From the human T2T-CHM13v2.0 reference genome, Homo sapiens, in the NCBI RefSeq assembly GCF_009914755.1, contig NC_060944.1: a DNA stretch of 64,000 nt; one strand, written 5' to 3'. This document shows, piece by piece, positions 1 to 14,529 of this stretch. The notes beneath the pieces were generated by a model that was not told the DNA's origin, searched no databases, and saw nothing but the letters and a program-made list of their open reading frames with translations. Numbering within the stretch: the first letter of the stretch is position 1; each line of letters opens with the position of its first letter. The position numbers and the translations under genes are program-made.

Positions 1-288
1 TACTTACTACCACTGAATTGTACAGTTAAAAATGGTTAAGATACATTTTATATGTTCATTGTACCACCATTTTGAAAAATTTCAAAAGTCAGGTTTAAAT
101 GGGAAGTCTAGAGCTAAAACATTGCAATATCTCACATGAAAAATTCACTAAATGTACTTAACAACATAGCAGAGACAGCAAAAGAGAGGGTCAGTAGACT
201 TAAAACAGGTAAATAGCATAACACAGAAAAGAAAGATGAAGGAGAATGAATCGAGTTCCAGTGACCTTTCAGACAATATAAATCAGCT

Positions 289-290
<2 letters not shown>

Positions 291-345
<55 letters not shown>
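291..345. repeat. (CA)n(TA)n microsatellite
   Basis: Seen directly. Confidence 0.95.
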
Positions 346-346
<1 letters not shown>

Positions 347-707
347 TTAGAGGGAGAGGATGGAACTGAAAGACTATTTGAAGAAAAATAGCCAAAAATT
401 CCCCAAATTTGGTAGAAAAAAAATCAATTAAGATCCAGAATGACCAGCAAAAACACAAGCAAGATGAATGTAAAGAAAACCATGAAAAGAAGGTCATAAT
501 CATGTTGCTGAAAACCCAAGATAAAAAAAAGTTTCAAAAGCAGAGATAAAAGACGTTACAATCAAGGGTGACAGTACAAATGACACCGACTTTTCTCAGG
601 AACAATGAAGATTAGGAGATAAGAGAACAACATCTTCAAATTTCTGCATTAGGAAAAAAATTTGCAAACCTCTCAACTCAGAATTCTATAGGCAGCAAAA
701 ATATCTT

Positions 708-1012
708 GGCTGGGCGCAGTGGCTCACGCCCATAATCCCAGCACTTTGGGAGGCCAAGGCGGGTGGATCACCTGAGGTCAGGAGTTCAAGACCAGTCTGG
801 CCAACATGGTGAAACCTCGTCTCTACTAAAAATACAAAAATTACCTGGGCGTGGTGGTGGCCGCCCGTAATCCCAGCTACTCAAGAGGCTGAGCTAGGAG
901 AATCGCTTGAATCCAAAAGGCAGAGGTTGCTTTGAACCAAGATCATACCATTGCACTCCAGCCTGGGCAACAAGAGCGAAACTCGGTCTCAAACAAACAA
1001 ACAAACAAAAAA
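708..1012 (+). mobile_element. AluS
   Basis: Full dimer, (AAAC)n tail, imperfect TSD aaaaata(c)atctt. Confidence 0.95.
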
Positions 1013-1035
1013 TACATCTTTAAAAATGAGGATGA

Positions 1036-1514
<479 letters not shown>

Positions 1515-1612
1515 AATAGTGACATTTTCAAATGTTGAAAACAGTAACAATAGGAACAACAAAAAACTGAGAATTTATTACTAGTAGACTTGCCCCACAA
1601 GATCTTCTAAAG

Positions 1613-1833
1613 CAGGGTGTCCAATCTTTTGGCTTCCCTGGGCCACAACGGAAGAATTGTCTTGGGCCACGCATAAAATATACTCACACTAATGATAGCT
1701 GATGAGCTAAAAAAAAAAAAAAATCACAAAAAAACTCATAATGTTTTAAGAAAGTGTATGAATTTCTGTTGAGCCGCACTCTAAGCTGTCCTGGGCTGCA
1801 TGCAGCCCACAGGCCACGGGTTGGACAGGCTCA
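1613..1833. mobile_element. MER30-like hAT DNA transposon
   Basis: cagggtgtccaatcttttggcttccctgggccac...gggttggaca ends; 8-bp TSD ttctaaag (1605-1612, 1834-1841). Confidence 0.85.
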
Positions 1834-2869
1834 TTCTAAAGGATGTTGTGACTGAAGGTAAATGACAGCAGATAGAACTCAGATCTAAAGGAAGAAATAA
1901 AAAGCAACTAAAATGGTAAAACATGGATTATTTAAAATAATTTTTTTTGAATTTTCTTAGAAGACAACTGACTGCTTAACCAAAAATTATGACATCATAT
2001 GGCAAGGTGTATGACGTGTATATGTAAAGCATATAGCAACAAAGAACAAAGGATGATGTGAGAGGGGATAAGTGGAACTATATTGTTGTAATGTTTATAT
2101 ATTTTAGATGAAGTACAGTATCAAATACTCTTATTCAGAAATTATCAGCACCCTGGCTTCTCTAAACTCCAGACTCTCTGTTCAACTCATAGAGTCCACT
2201 GAATTTCGCATACCCACTCCCTGTGCTGTGGGGTAGAAAAATCTTTTCAGGCGCAAAAAGAGGAAAAAGGAAATAAGAAACAAATGAAACATATAAAAAT
2301 ATATAACAAGATAATAAATTTAAATTCAACCATATTACAATAAATGTAAATAGTGTAAACACACCAGTTAAAAGTAAGAGATGATAAGCTTGGATATAGA
2401 AAAAATACCCAACTCTAAGCTGTTTACAAGAAATCCACTTCAAAAGCTGAAAGTAAGAAATAGTAAAAGGATGGAAAAAGGCATATGCTAACACTTATCA
2501 AAAGAAATCTGGAGTTGCTGTGTTAGTATAAAGATAATGGGGATTTAAGGGCAGGAAATATTACAAGGAAAAGGAGGATAATTTTAGAGTCATAAAAAGG
2601 ACCATTCCTGAAGAAGACCAAATCATCCTAAATTTATACACCAAATAATAGAGCTTCAAAATACATGAAGCAGAAACTGGCAGATTTCAAAAGAGAAATA
2701 GACAAATTCACAGTTAGTTGGAGTTCTTGAAACCTTTCGATAAAACAGGTAGACAGTAAATATACGGAAGACTTGAACAACGACAGCAGAATACACATTA
2801 TTTTCAAGGGCACATAAAACATTCACTAAGATCATGTTCAGCATCATAAAACAACTCTCAATAAATTTA

Positions 2870-3158
<289 letters not shown>

Positions 3159-3413
3159 TAAGGTAGAAATTACAAGAATAAGTATAAAATATTTGTACTA
3201 AATAAAAATTAATGCAAGACTTAAATTAGTGGTAGGCAGCTAAAGCTTAGAAGAAAATGTCAAACATTAGATGATTAACATTAGAAAAGTAGAAAGAACC
3301 CAAATCAATGATCTAAACTTCTACCTTAATAAACTAGAAAAAAAGGACAAATTAAACCCAAAGTACAAGAGAAAATAGAGAAAAGATTATAGAGAAATCA
3401 ATCAAAACAAAAC

Positions 3414-3709
3414 TTATTTTATTTTTTAAGATGGAGTCTCACTCTGTTGCGAGGCTAGAGTGCAGTGGCATGATCTCAGCTCACTGCAAACCCTGCCCCC
3501 CTGGGTTCAAGTGATTTTTGTGTCTCAGCCTCCTGAGTAGCTGGGATTACAGGCACCTGCCACCACACCTGGCTAATTTTTGTATTTTTAGTAGAGATGG
3601 GGTTTCACCATGTTGGCCAGGCTGGTTTTGAACTCCCGACCTCAAAGTGATCTGCCCGCCTTGGCCTCCCAAACTGCTGGGATTACAGGCATGGGCCACC
3701 ATGTCTGGC
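3414..3709 (-). mobile_element. AluS
   Basis: Full dimer. Confidence 0.93.
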
Positions 3710-5035
3710 TGCAAAAGCTTTTTTTTTGAGAATATCAATAAAATTGATAAGCCTCTGACCAGATTCATCAGAGAGGAAACAAGAAAGATATAAATTAGCA
3801 ATAAGAGAATTAGAGATGATTACTACAAATCATATAGGAATGAAAAGGATAATAAGCGAATATTATGAACACCTTTTTGTCAATAAATTTAGCAACAGGT
3901 CAGATGAACAAATATCTTAAAAGACACAAAGAATAAAAACTCACTCAGGATGAAATATATAACCTGAATAACAATATAACTACTAAATAAATTGAATTTA
4001 AATTTGAATTTGAATGAATTGAAGCTGATTTTGTACTTTAAAGCCTTCTCACAAAGACAACCCCAGGGCCAGATGACTTTGCTGGTGAATTCTACCAAAT
4101 ATTTAAGAAATAATATCAATTCCATGCTAATTCTTCCAGAAAACAGAAGAGGAAGTTCCACTTTCAAACTCTTTTATGAAGCTAGCTTTGCTCTGAGACA
4201 TACACATCACAAGAATAGAAAACTACAGAACAAGATCCCTCATAAATACAGGTGCAAAAATTATCAATGTACTTACAAATTGTAAAAACAAAAATAAAAT
4301 AGATGTATTTATAAATATATATTTATATATAAATTAAATATATATGTGTATTGAAATATGTATGTATAATGTGTGTGTATATATATAAAAGACATATATA
4401 TATATATATACATGAGATACCTCATGACCAAGTGGAGTTTATCCTGGGAATTCAAAAGGGCTGGTTTATTGTTGGAAAATCAGTGAAATGCATATATCAA
4501 TGACACACAATCACCTCAACATGTGTGAAAAAGTCCTTTGACAAAATTTAATGTTCATTCACAATTTTTTAAATTCTTGGCAAATTAGGAATAGAAGGAA
4601 ACTTCCTTAACCCAATAATGAGCAACTACAAAAATCTTCAGCTAATATTATGGTTTATGGTAAATTACGGAATGCTTTCTTCTTAAGATTAAGAGCAAGG
4701 CAAGGATGTACACTCTCACCATCTTATTCAACAGAGTCCAAGAAGTCCCAGCTACTGTAATAAAGCAAAAACAAAACAGAAAAAAACAGAACAGGCCTAT
4801 GCTATAAGTATCAGCTTAACAAAATATGTGCATGATCTCTATGCTGAAAATTATAAAATGCTGAGGAAATAAAAGACCTAACTAAATGGCGAGACATATC
4901 ATATTCATGGATTGGAAAATTCAATATAATAAAGATGCAAATTCACCTCAAATAGGTCTTTAGGTTTAATATAATTTCTATCAAAATTCTAAGTTTTAAA
5001 ATACACATAGACAAGCTTATTCTAAAATTTATATG

Positions 5036-5402
<367 letters not shown>

Positions 5403-6960
5403 TTAGCTACAGTAATCAAGACAGTACGGTACTGGTGGAGGGAACCACATCAATGAATGGAATAGATTAGAGAACCCAGAAACAGACCCCACACAAATAT
5501 GCTCAAAACTGATATTTAACAAAGGTACAAAGGCTATTCAACAGAAGAAGGATCATCTTTTCAACAAATGGTATTGGAGTAACTGGATATCCATAGGCAA
5601 GAAAATGAATATCTACCTAAATCCCACACTTTACACAACACTAACTCAAAATGATTATGGAGTTATTATTGAACTATAAACTTTTAGAAAAAGACATGGG
5701 AGAGAATCTTCAGGATCTAGGGCTAGACAAAGAATTCTTAAACTTAATACCAAAAGCATGATCCATAAAAAGAAAAATGGATAAATTGAACCTCATCAAA
5801 ATTTAAAATCTTTGTTTTACCAAAGGCCATGCTAAGAGAATGAAAAGATATGGACTGTAAAAAAATATTTGCAAGCCATATGTTCAACAAAAAATAAACT
5901 AGTATCTGAAATACATAAAGAATTCTCAAAACTAAACAGCAAAAAGCAAACAACCGAATTGAAATCTGGGCCAAAGACATGCACAGAGATTTCACTGAAG
6001 AGGATATACAGAGAACAAATAAACACATGGAAAGTTGTTTAACATCATTAGCCATTAAGGAAATGCAAATTAAACCCACAATGAGATATCACTAACACAC
6101 CTAGCAGAATGACTAAAATAAAAAATAGCAATAACACGATTATCACTATTTACAGAGAAAATAGATCACTCTGTATTGATAGTGGAAATATAAAATGGTA
6201 CAGCCAATCTGGAAAACAGTTTGGTAGTTTCTTGTGAGATTAAACACGCAATATGACCCAGCAGCTGAACACAAATGGAAATGTATGTTCATGAAAAAAC
6301 CTGTATGCATATGTTCATAGCAGCCTCATTTGTAACAACCAAAAAAGAAACAACCCAGATGAACTTCAGTGGGTAAATGGTTGGACAAACTGTGATACAT
6401 CCATAACATGGAATACTTCTCAACAATGGAAAGGAACGAAGCATTGATTTATGCAACAACTTGGATGGATCACAAGATAATTATGCTGAGTGGATTTCAT
6501 CAAAATTAAAGAGTTTTGTTCTTCAAAAGAAACTGTTAAGAGAAGGACAAATATCACATGGTCTTACTTTTATGTGGAATCAGAACAAGTTGAACTCAAA
6601 CAAGTAGAGAGTAGAATGGTGGATACAAGAGAGCAGAGCGGGAGAAGTCACTGGGGAAGGGAGAGATGTTAGTGAAAGGGTACAAAGTTTCATTTGAGAG
6701 GAATAAGTTCCAGTGATCTATTGCATAGCACAGTGACTATAGTTAATAATTTATATTTCAAAATTACTAAAAGAGTAAATTTTAAATGTTCTCACCATAA
6801 AGTGATGATAAGTATGTGAGGTGTTGGATATGTTAATCAGCCTGATTTAATCATTCCATAATGTGTACATGTATCAAAACATCACATTTGACCCCATAAA
6901 TATATACAATTATTATTTGTCAATTAAAAATAAAATTAAATTCTTTTAAAAAGACCAAAA

Positions 6961-7107
6961 GGCTGGGCATGGTGGCTCACACCTGTAATTCCAGCACCTT
7001 GGGTGGCTAGGAGGTCAAGGCTGAAGTGGGTCATGATTGTGCCACTGCACTCCAGCCTGGGCAACAGAGCAAGACCCTGTCTCAAAAAAAAAAAAAAAAA
7101 AAAAAAA
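6961..7107 (+). mobile_element. AluJ-like with internal deletion
   Basis: Alu 5' end fused to right-arm end and polyA. Confidence 0.85.
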
Positions 7108-10100
7108 GAGAGAGAGAGAAAAGAAAGAATAGCACCCTGTTTCCCCCAAAAAGCACTGTTAAGAAAAGGCAAAGGCAATCCACAATTTGGGAGAAAATAT
7201 TTGCAAAACATAATTGACAAACACTTTTATTCATAATAAAGACCTCTTACAATTCATTAATAAGAAAACAGGCAACCAACTTTAAAATGTCCTAAAGATT
7301 TCAGAAGACGCTTCACTAAAAACATATGTAGATGGCAAATGAGCACATAAAAAGATGCTCAGCATCATTTGTCAGTAGGTAATTGCAAATTAAAACTGTA
7401 ACCTAATACTATTACACACCCATTGGAATAGCTACAAATTTTTTAACTGGCCATAAAATATTGGAGAAGATGTAGAGCAATTGGGACTCTTCTACACTGT
7501 TGTAAGAATGTAAAATTATACAACTGCTTTGGTAAACAGTTGAATCTTTTTTTTTTTTTTTTTTAAGTTAACCAAGACCTATCACAAAATCCAGTCATTC
7601 TACTTCTAGGCATTTATGCAAGACAAATGAAAGCCTTATCCCTATAAAGGCTTACTACACCTGAACGTTTACATCAGTTTTATTTTTCATGGACAAAAAC
7701 TGGAAACAACGCCAATGTCCATCACCATGTGATAAAGAAACAAATTTTGATATTTATTTATTTTTTTCATGAAGCAATATGACCTAAAATTTTGGTATTT
7801 CTTAAGAAGCCAGATTAAATAATATAGCACAGACTATGTAGATTTATCTATATAAATTTCTAGAAAATGCAAATGAATCTATAGTTACAGAGAGAAAATG
7901 GCTGCATGGGGACGGAGGTGGAGAGAGAAAGGAATTATAGTAAGACATGAATCAACTTTTATATGTGATGAAAATATTATCTTGATGATGGTGATATTTT
8001 CACAGATGTCAGCATTCACAGTATGTCAGCATTTATCAAATTATATACTTTACATATGTGCAGTTTATTGTATGCCAAGTATACCTTGATAAATCTCTTT
8101 TAAAATTCCTAGAAGGATTGATCAGGAAAAAAGGGGAAACCCCACAAATTGCCAGTATCAGAAATAAAGGAGGGGTATCATTATAGATCCTACAGACATC
8201 AAAAGGATCATAAAATATATTATGAGAGATTCTATGCCAATAAATTCAACTACTTATATGAAGTGGGAAAATTCTTTGAAAACACAATTTACCCAAACTG
8301 ACACAACTTGGAAAAGATACTCAGATTGTTCCAGTATCTATTAAAATTGAATTTGTTTTTAAATCCTTTCCACAAGGAAATTTCAGCCCAGAGTGTTTTA
8401 CTGGTAAATACTATCAAACACTCAAAGAAGAAATAATACAACTCTTACATAAACTCTTTCAGAAAATGGAGAAGAAAATTGTTCTCAAATCATCTTAGAA
8501 AGTTAGTATAATCTAGATACCAAAACCTGAAAAAGACATTATAAGAAAATTATAGACCAATGTGCCTCATGAAGCAGACACAAAAAATCCCTAAGATAAC
8601 ATTAGCAAATTGAAGTCAGTGATATACAAAATAATAATACATCATTATTAAGTGTTTTTTCCAAGGAACAGTTAAAAATCAACCAATATAACTCACCATA
8701 TTAACAAAATAAGCAGGCAAAACAATATGTTCATTTCAAAAAATACAGAAAAAGTGTCTGACAAAATTCAGTGCCCACTTATGACAAATTCTCAGCAAAC
8801 TTGGACAAGAAGAGAACTTTTTCAAAAGGATAAGGGACATCTATGAAAATTCTAGTAAACATCATATTTATTGCTGAAACATGAAAGGCTTTTCTCCTAA
8901 GATTGGGAACACGGTAAGGATGCCTGAACTCACCATTCCTCTTCACCAATGCACTGAAAGTCTAGCTAGTGCAATAAGGCAAGAAAAATAAGAAGCATAT
9001 AGACTGAGAAAAAAGAATAATCCTCCCTATACTTAAAAATGACTGCCTATGTGAAAAAAAAAGTTAAAGAATGTACAACAATAACGATTAGAACTAATAG
9101 GCACATTAAGCAAGGTAATAGGATACAAACTACATATATGAAATTACATTTTTAATTTTAGCAGCAAGTAATTAGAAATGAAATTTTAAAACAATTCCAT
9201 TTATAGTAGTATCAAAGCCCATAAAATATTTAGGAATAACTTTAAATATGTACAAGCCTTATATGTAGAAAAGTAGAACATATTTCTCAGAGAAATTAAA
9301 AACCTGAATAAATGGATAAAAACCACATGTATGCCTTAGAGACTCAATATTGTTTAGATGCAAATTCTTCCCAGACTGAACAGATTTCTCTAGCTTCAAC
9401 ACAATTCTAATCCAAATATGAATAGAATTTTTAAATAAAATTGACAAATTGTTTCTAAGATTTAAATGGAAATGCAAAAGGCTTAGAATAGTTAAAAAGA
9501 AAAAATACTCAACCTTTAAAATAAACAACCAAGTTGGAGAACTTGAACTTACTGGTTTAAAAATATATCAGAAGCTACAGTAATCAAGGTGGCGTGGAAC
9601 TGATGGAATCATAGACAGATCAATGGATCATAATAGATAATCCAAATATAGACTTAGACATACTCAGTTAACTGATTTTTTACAGAAGTATCACGCCAAG
9701 TGAGGAAAAAAAGCATCTTTTCAGCAAATGGGCTAGAAAAACTAGGAACATATATAGAGGAAAGAGTCTTGACTCCTACTTCACATTACACAGAAAAATT
9801 AATTTGAGATGGATGGATCATAGACCTAACATAAGAGCTAGAACTCTAAAGCTCCTTGCAGAATACATGGGAAAATATCTTCATGGACGTGAGGTAAGCA
9901 AAGATTTCTTAGACCCCAAAAGCACTGATCACAAAAAGAAATACTAACAAATTGGCCTCATCAAAATAAAAAACTTCTGCTTATCAAAAGTCAACATTAA
10001 GAATATGAAAAGGCAAGCCACAGATTGGGAGAAAATATTTGCAATACATATGTCTGACAAAGAATTTATACCCAGAATATTTAAAGAGCCCCTACAGTTC

Positions 10101-11145
10101 AATAATAAAACAACATAAACAACAACAACAAACAGAAAAAGACTTGGATAGATATTTCAGAAAAGAAGATATACAAATGGATAAAAACATGTAAAGTTAC
10201 TCGATATCATTAGTTATCAGGGAAATGCAAATTAAAAGCACAATGAGATACCATGTCATACCTATCAGAAAGTTTGAAATTCAAAAGATTGATGATACCT
10301 ACTGTTGGTGAAAACGTGGAGCAACTGGAACTCTCAGACATTGCTGGTGAGAGTGCAAAATGGTGCAGCCACTTTGGAAACTTTCTAGATTTCTTTAAAA
10401 GTTAAACATACAACTACCCCATCACAAAACAATCCCACTCTTACATGTTTACTTAAAAGACAATGTATGTCCACAAAAACAGGCACAACCCAATATCTAT
10501 TAATAGAAGAATGAAAAATTGTTGTATATATTTATATGATGATGTATTACTCAGCATTAAAACAAACTGACATATGCAATAATACGGATGAATCTCAAAA
10601 CTGTCATGTTCTATAAATAAGTACATATTCTATGATGACATAGTTCAGATCAGAGAAGACTGATCTATGATTATGGAAATTAGGCTAGTCCAGTCTAGTG
10701 AGTGTGGACTGGAAGAACCATGAGGGAACTTTCCGGAGCAATGGCAATGATATCTATCTTGATTGGGGTAGTGATTACATGGTTATTTGTGTCACTCACA
10801 ACTCATAAAATTGTACACTTATCTGTGAATTGACTGTATGTAAATTTCATCTCAATAAAAAGTTATGACATATTGTTATCACATTGTTGAAAACATATTG
10901 TTCAACCTTCAATTAACGTCATCACATCCTCATATGCCCCATTTAATGTTCCAAATTTGCTCCTCAAAAAAATCCACGACAAAATACGAAATAGATAATA
11001 AGGCAAAAAAGCTCAGAGGCTTGTCTGAGCTTTGAGTCCTCCTCTAGGACAATAGCTGGAGGAGCAAAGGCTTCAGGCTGGGGAGCAGGCACTGGCACCC
11101 CCACAGCACCACGGACAGGCACCTCCCTTCCTCCACTCTGGGGAT

Positions 11146-11329
11146 CTTGTAACTATAAATGGCAATCTTGACAGGCATGTGCAGGGGCTAGTTGGTCATG
11201 TCACCTGCTGTCTTCAACAGGGACATAAAAACCAGGGGGAACCGCATGAGGAAGATCAAAGCAAATGTGATGACACCCCCAACTCCATGTTTCCCAGCCT
11301 CCTCTTCTGCTCAGGAGACTGGGGTGTTT
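11146..11329 (-). pseudogene. PIEZO pseudo-exon, outer pore helix
   Basis: KHP(fs)SPEQKRRL(fs)KHGVGGVITFALIFLMRFPLVFMSLLKTAGDMTN*PLHMPVKIAIYSYK vs [56 protein letters not shown]. 184 = 189-5 bp; TAG at 11188-11190; donor GT>AT. Confidence 0.95.
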
Positions 11330-11449
11330 CTGCTGAAGAGGGCAGGCAGGTCAGGGCCATGCCTTGGATCAGACAGACGTGGACTCAAGGGAGGGCAGGT
11401 TGGCAAATCACTCTTAAAAGTTGGAGGAGGGTGGTTGATTCAGAGAATG

Positions 11450-11605
11450 TCACGCTAGGGTCAGGGGGAGCTGGAGTCATGTCCCAATGCCACTACTAAC
11501 CAGCTATGTGACCTTGGACACACAGCCGCTCTAAGCTTCAGTCTCCTCCTCCATAAAATGGGAATGAAAGGATGCCTGCTTTGCCAGGTGGTTTTGAGCA
11601 CTCCC
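11450..11605 (+). mobile_element. MIR
   Basis: MIR core gctatgtgaccttgg..cagtctcctcctccataaaatggga. Confidence 0.75.
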
Positions 11606-11802
11606 AAGTGATGGTGGGGAGAATTCAACATGGGCTCTGCCATTTTACTGAGGATTCACTACAAACTCCATGAGCCCTGGGAGCCAGGGTCAAGCTGCCA
11701 GGTAAGCACCTGGCACACTGGGCAAGACATGAGTCTCACTGCTGTAGGGACAGGACTGAGGCAAGGAAAATTGCCACCCCCACGCCACCCACCCGCACCC
11801 AC

Positions 11803-11950
11803 CTTCTCAGACTCCCACCAGTGCTTCATGATGAAGACCTTTGCACACAGGTTCCCCAGATGGATCCAGTTAGAGAGGCTGAGAGCAGTGTCCATCCATA
11901 CCCAGTCTATGACAGCTCTCGGCTCCAAGAGGAAAGGCTCAAGGCAGAAC
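11803..11950 (-). pseudogene. PIEZO pseudo-exon, anchor domain
   Basis: FCLEPFLLEPRAVIDWVWMDTALSLSNWIHLGNLCAKVFIMKHWWESEK; about 30/49 identical to recalled PIEZO2 and 27/49 to PIEZO1. 148 bp, open, AG/GT intact. Confidence 0.97.
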
Positions 11951-12509
11951 CTGGAGCACAGAGGACCACCAGGAGGTCACCAGGGGACACTGGTCCATCC
12001 AATCTGTCCATGCCATGTCATGTCTCCCCATCCTGTCACCCAACCCATCCATCACCTCATCCATCCCATCATGTTCCACTCCACCCCAATGCCTTCAAAA
12101 CCCGATATACCCTATTTATCCCATCCCCATCCACCTCAGGCCCCAGCCACCACAGCGATCCCATCTGTTCACCACCCTTTCCACAAATAATCACATTCTC
12201 CAGCAGGCCATGTGCTAAGTATTCAGGATATGTGGGTGAAGAAGGAAGACAGAACATTGGAGTAGGATGACACTGATGACCTGCAGGGAGCCAGGTATGA
12301 TCGTGGTAAGTGTTGCAAAGGAAGTCACCAGGCAGTGGCCGGGTACGTCAGCTTGGGGGTTTGGGGAAAGCCTTTATGCCAAGACCTGAAGGATGGCACA
12401 GAGGATGAGACAGAACCAGCTCTGCAGCAGAAGGGTGGAAGGAGCTGCTCTCAGGACTGCTGGCCCAGGCAGAGAAAGAGCAGGACACTGTCCAGGAACA
12501 GAGGGCCCC

Positions 12510-12583
12510 TCTTTTCTCTCTCTTGTTTCTGTCTCTTTCTGTCTCTCTCTCTCTCTCTTTCTGCCTCTGTCTCTCTCTATATA

Positions 12584-12614
<31 letters not shown>

Positions 12615-12826
12615 CTTTTTTCTCTCTCTGTATCTGTCTCTGTTTCTCTCTGTCTTTCTCTATGTCTGTCTCTTTCTGTGTATATGTATATACATGTATA
12701 TATATATTTTTTTCTCTGTTTCTGTTTCTCTGTCTCTGTCTCTATATGTGTGTATTTCTTTTTTCTCTCTGTGTATCTGTCTGTTTCTTTCTGTCTCTCT
12801 CTGCCTCTGTCTCTATGTATATACGC

Positions 12827-12858
<32 letters not shown>

Positions 12859-12900
12859 TCATATATATATATATCTTTTTTCTCACTCTGTTTCTGTCTC

Positions 12901-12933
<33 letters not shown>

Positions 12934-12935
12934 TC
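12510..12935. repeat. Compound (TC)n/(TG)n/(TA)n microsatellite with higher-order blocks
   Basis: Seen directly. Confidence 0.95.
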
Positions 12936-13849
12936 CTGTCCTTTGACTTGGTCTCCAAGGCCTGTTCCAATGTCTCCTGACTCCAGAAAACCCTCCAGAC
13001 TTTTCCTCCCATCCCCAAGCAGAGCAGTCACCCATTTGGCACAGGCCTCAGGACCCAGGGACCCTGATGGACTCTGGCTTGGACTGTGGTCTGCTGTTAG
13101 TAGATGTATGTCCTGTCTCTTCAGTGGCATTCTCAGTCTCTTGAGGGGTCCAGATGCCTTTGACACTTCTGTGAGCCCTGAGACACAGAACAAGACATGC
13201 TCCTTGAAATCCAGAGCTGGAGGGAACCCTGGCTGTCCCCACGGTCACTGCATCCCATCTCCAGCCACTGAGCACAGACTGGAGCTGAGGGCATTGTGAG
13301 GCAGTCTGGTCTCTCTTTCCAGCCCCATCCTGGCTGGCAAATATCTCAGGTTCCCAGAGTCTTTAATGACTTCTCAAGGAGACCAGGAGCCCTGGACAGG
13401 GAGGAGGCAGCAGCTGCAGGGCCCCTGAGAAGCCCCTGTAGCCAGCTTAGCACAGGGCCTGTCCTTTGCACTGCAGCCCCAGCCTGATTTGTATCCAGCT
13501 TTCCCCTTAATTAGTAGGAGCTTTTCAGAGAAGCAATAAAACAACAACATAGCAACTTGGACGGGGCACAGAAGGCAAGAGCCATTTCGGTAATGGAGTC
13601 GGTGGAATTGCTATTCTAAAGAGAGAGAGTGACCACTCTCTGCTTTTAAGAAAGCTGAGGGCAATGCTATCCTGTCGTCTGCCTGGTTATTAAGGATAAC
13701 TAATGGCTGCCCCTGCCCCCAACAACAGAAGGAAATTGCAGAAGGAAATTCCATGAATCCAGAGTCCTGGGCAGTGATTCCCAGGAAACCAAAGTGCTGA
13801 GCTCGACAGTCTGGGGGGAGCTGCATAGGCCCGGGGCTCGTTTGCTTAC

Positions 13850-13993
13850 CGTGAAGGCCTAGTCAGTACCCAAAGAGGATGAGGGCAAAGTTGAACACGT
13901 CCACCAGGAACGTGAGGACTTAACCTCCAGCTGGCCTGCAGGTGGGTGAAGTTGTGGAAGAATTGGCAGATGGGGTGGTAGACCTGGAAGGTC
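13850..13993 (-). pseudogene. PIEZO pseudo-exon, ~THU9 TM33
   Basis: TFQVYHPICQFFHNFTH..(fs)VLTFLVDVFNFALILFGY*(+4)AFT|gtaagc vs TLEIYVPIKQFFYNLIH..VLMFLADTVDFIIIVFGFWAFG. TGA at 13863-13865. Confidence 0.92.
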
Positions 13994-14529
13994 CTGAAGG
14001 CAGAGGAGGATGCTGTGGGCCACCCCCAATTTGGACAATTCCTCACAACCAGCTGGAAGGTTCTAGGAGGATGCCATAGAGGACTCCGTGGTTTGACAGA
14101 TGGGGAAGCTGAGGATGGCACATGTGTTTATTTTTCCCAAGCTTGTATTTGCGAAGAGCACTGAAGGCAAGTACTCTGGTGTTCAGGGACCGATCTTCAG
14201 GGGAATGCCGGGCTTCTTTCTCACAACACCTGAATTCCTCCTACCATGAGTGCTGTTGCACAGCACTAACCCAAACACAGACGCTGCAGGGTTAGTCCAG
14301 TGCAGCTGGGGAAGAACAGGTACCAGGTTTATGTCTCCACTGTGTGACATTAAGCAAGTTGCTCTGTTTCTAAGCCTCAGGTTTCTCACCACTGAATGGC
14401 AGTGGTGAGCCCTAGCCTGACTATGTCATGGGGGGGCATTGAGGGGAAACGTTGGAGTCAATGTGAAGCCACCTTGGGAATAAGAAAGTGCAATGGGCAT
14501 GTGTGATTATCTCCACAGCTGGGCAAAGA

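Noticed and set aside
12335-13299. Long ORFs of 195-258 aa
   Set aside because: Translations of the dinucleotide microsatellite.
13586-13615. Acceptor followed by NSNSTDSITE as a possible KHSAATDIT remnant
   Set aside because: Similarity too short and nothing downstream aligns.
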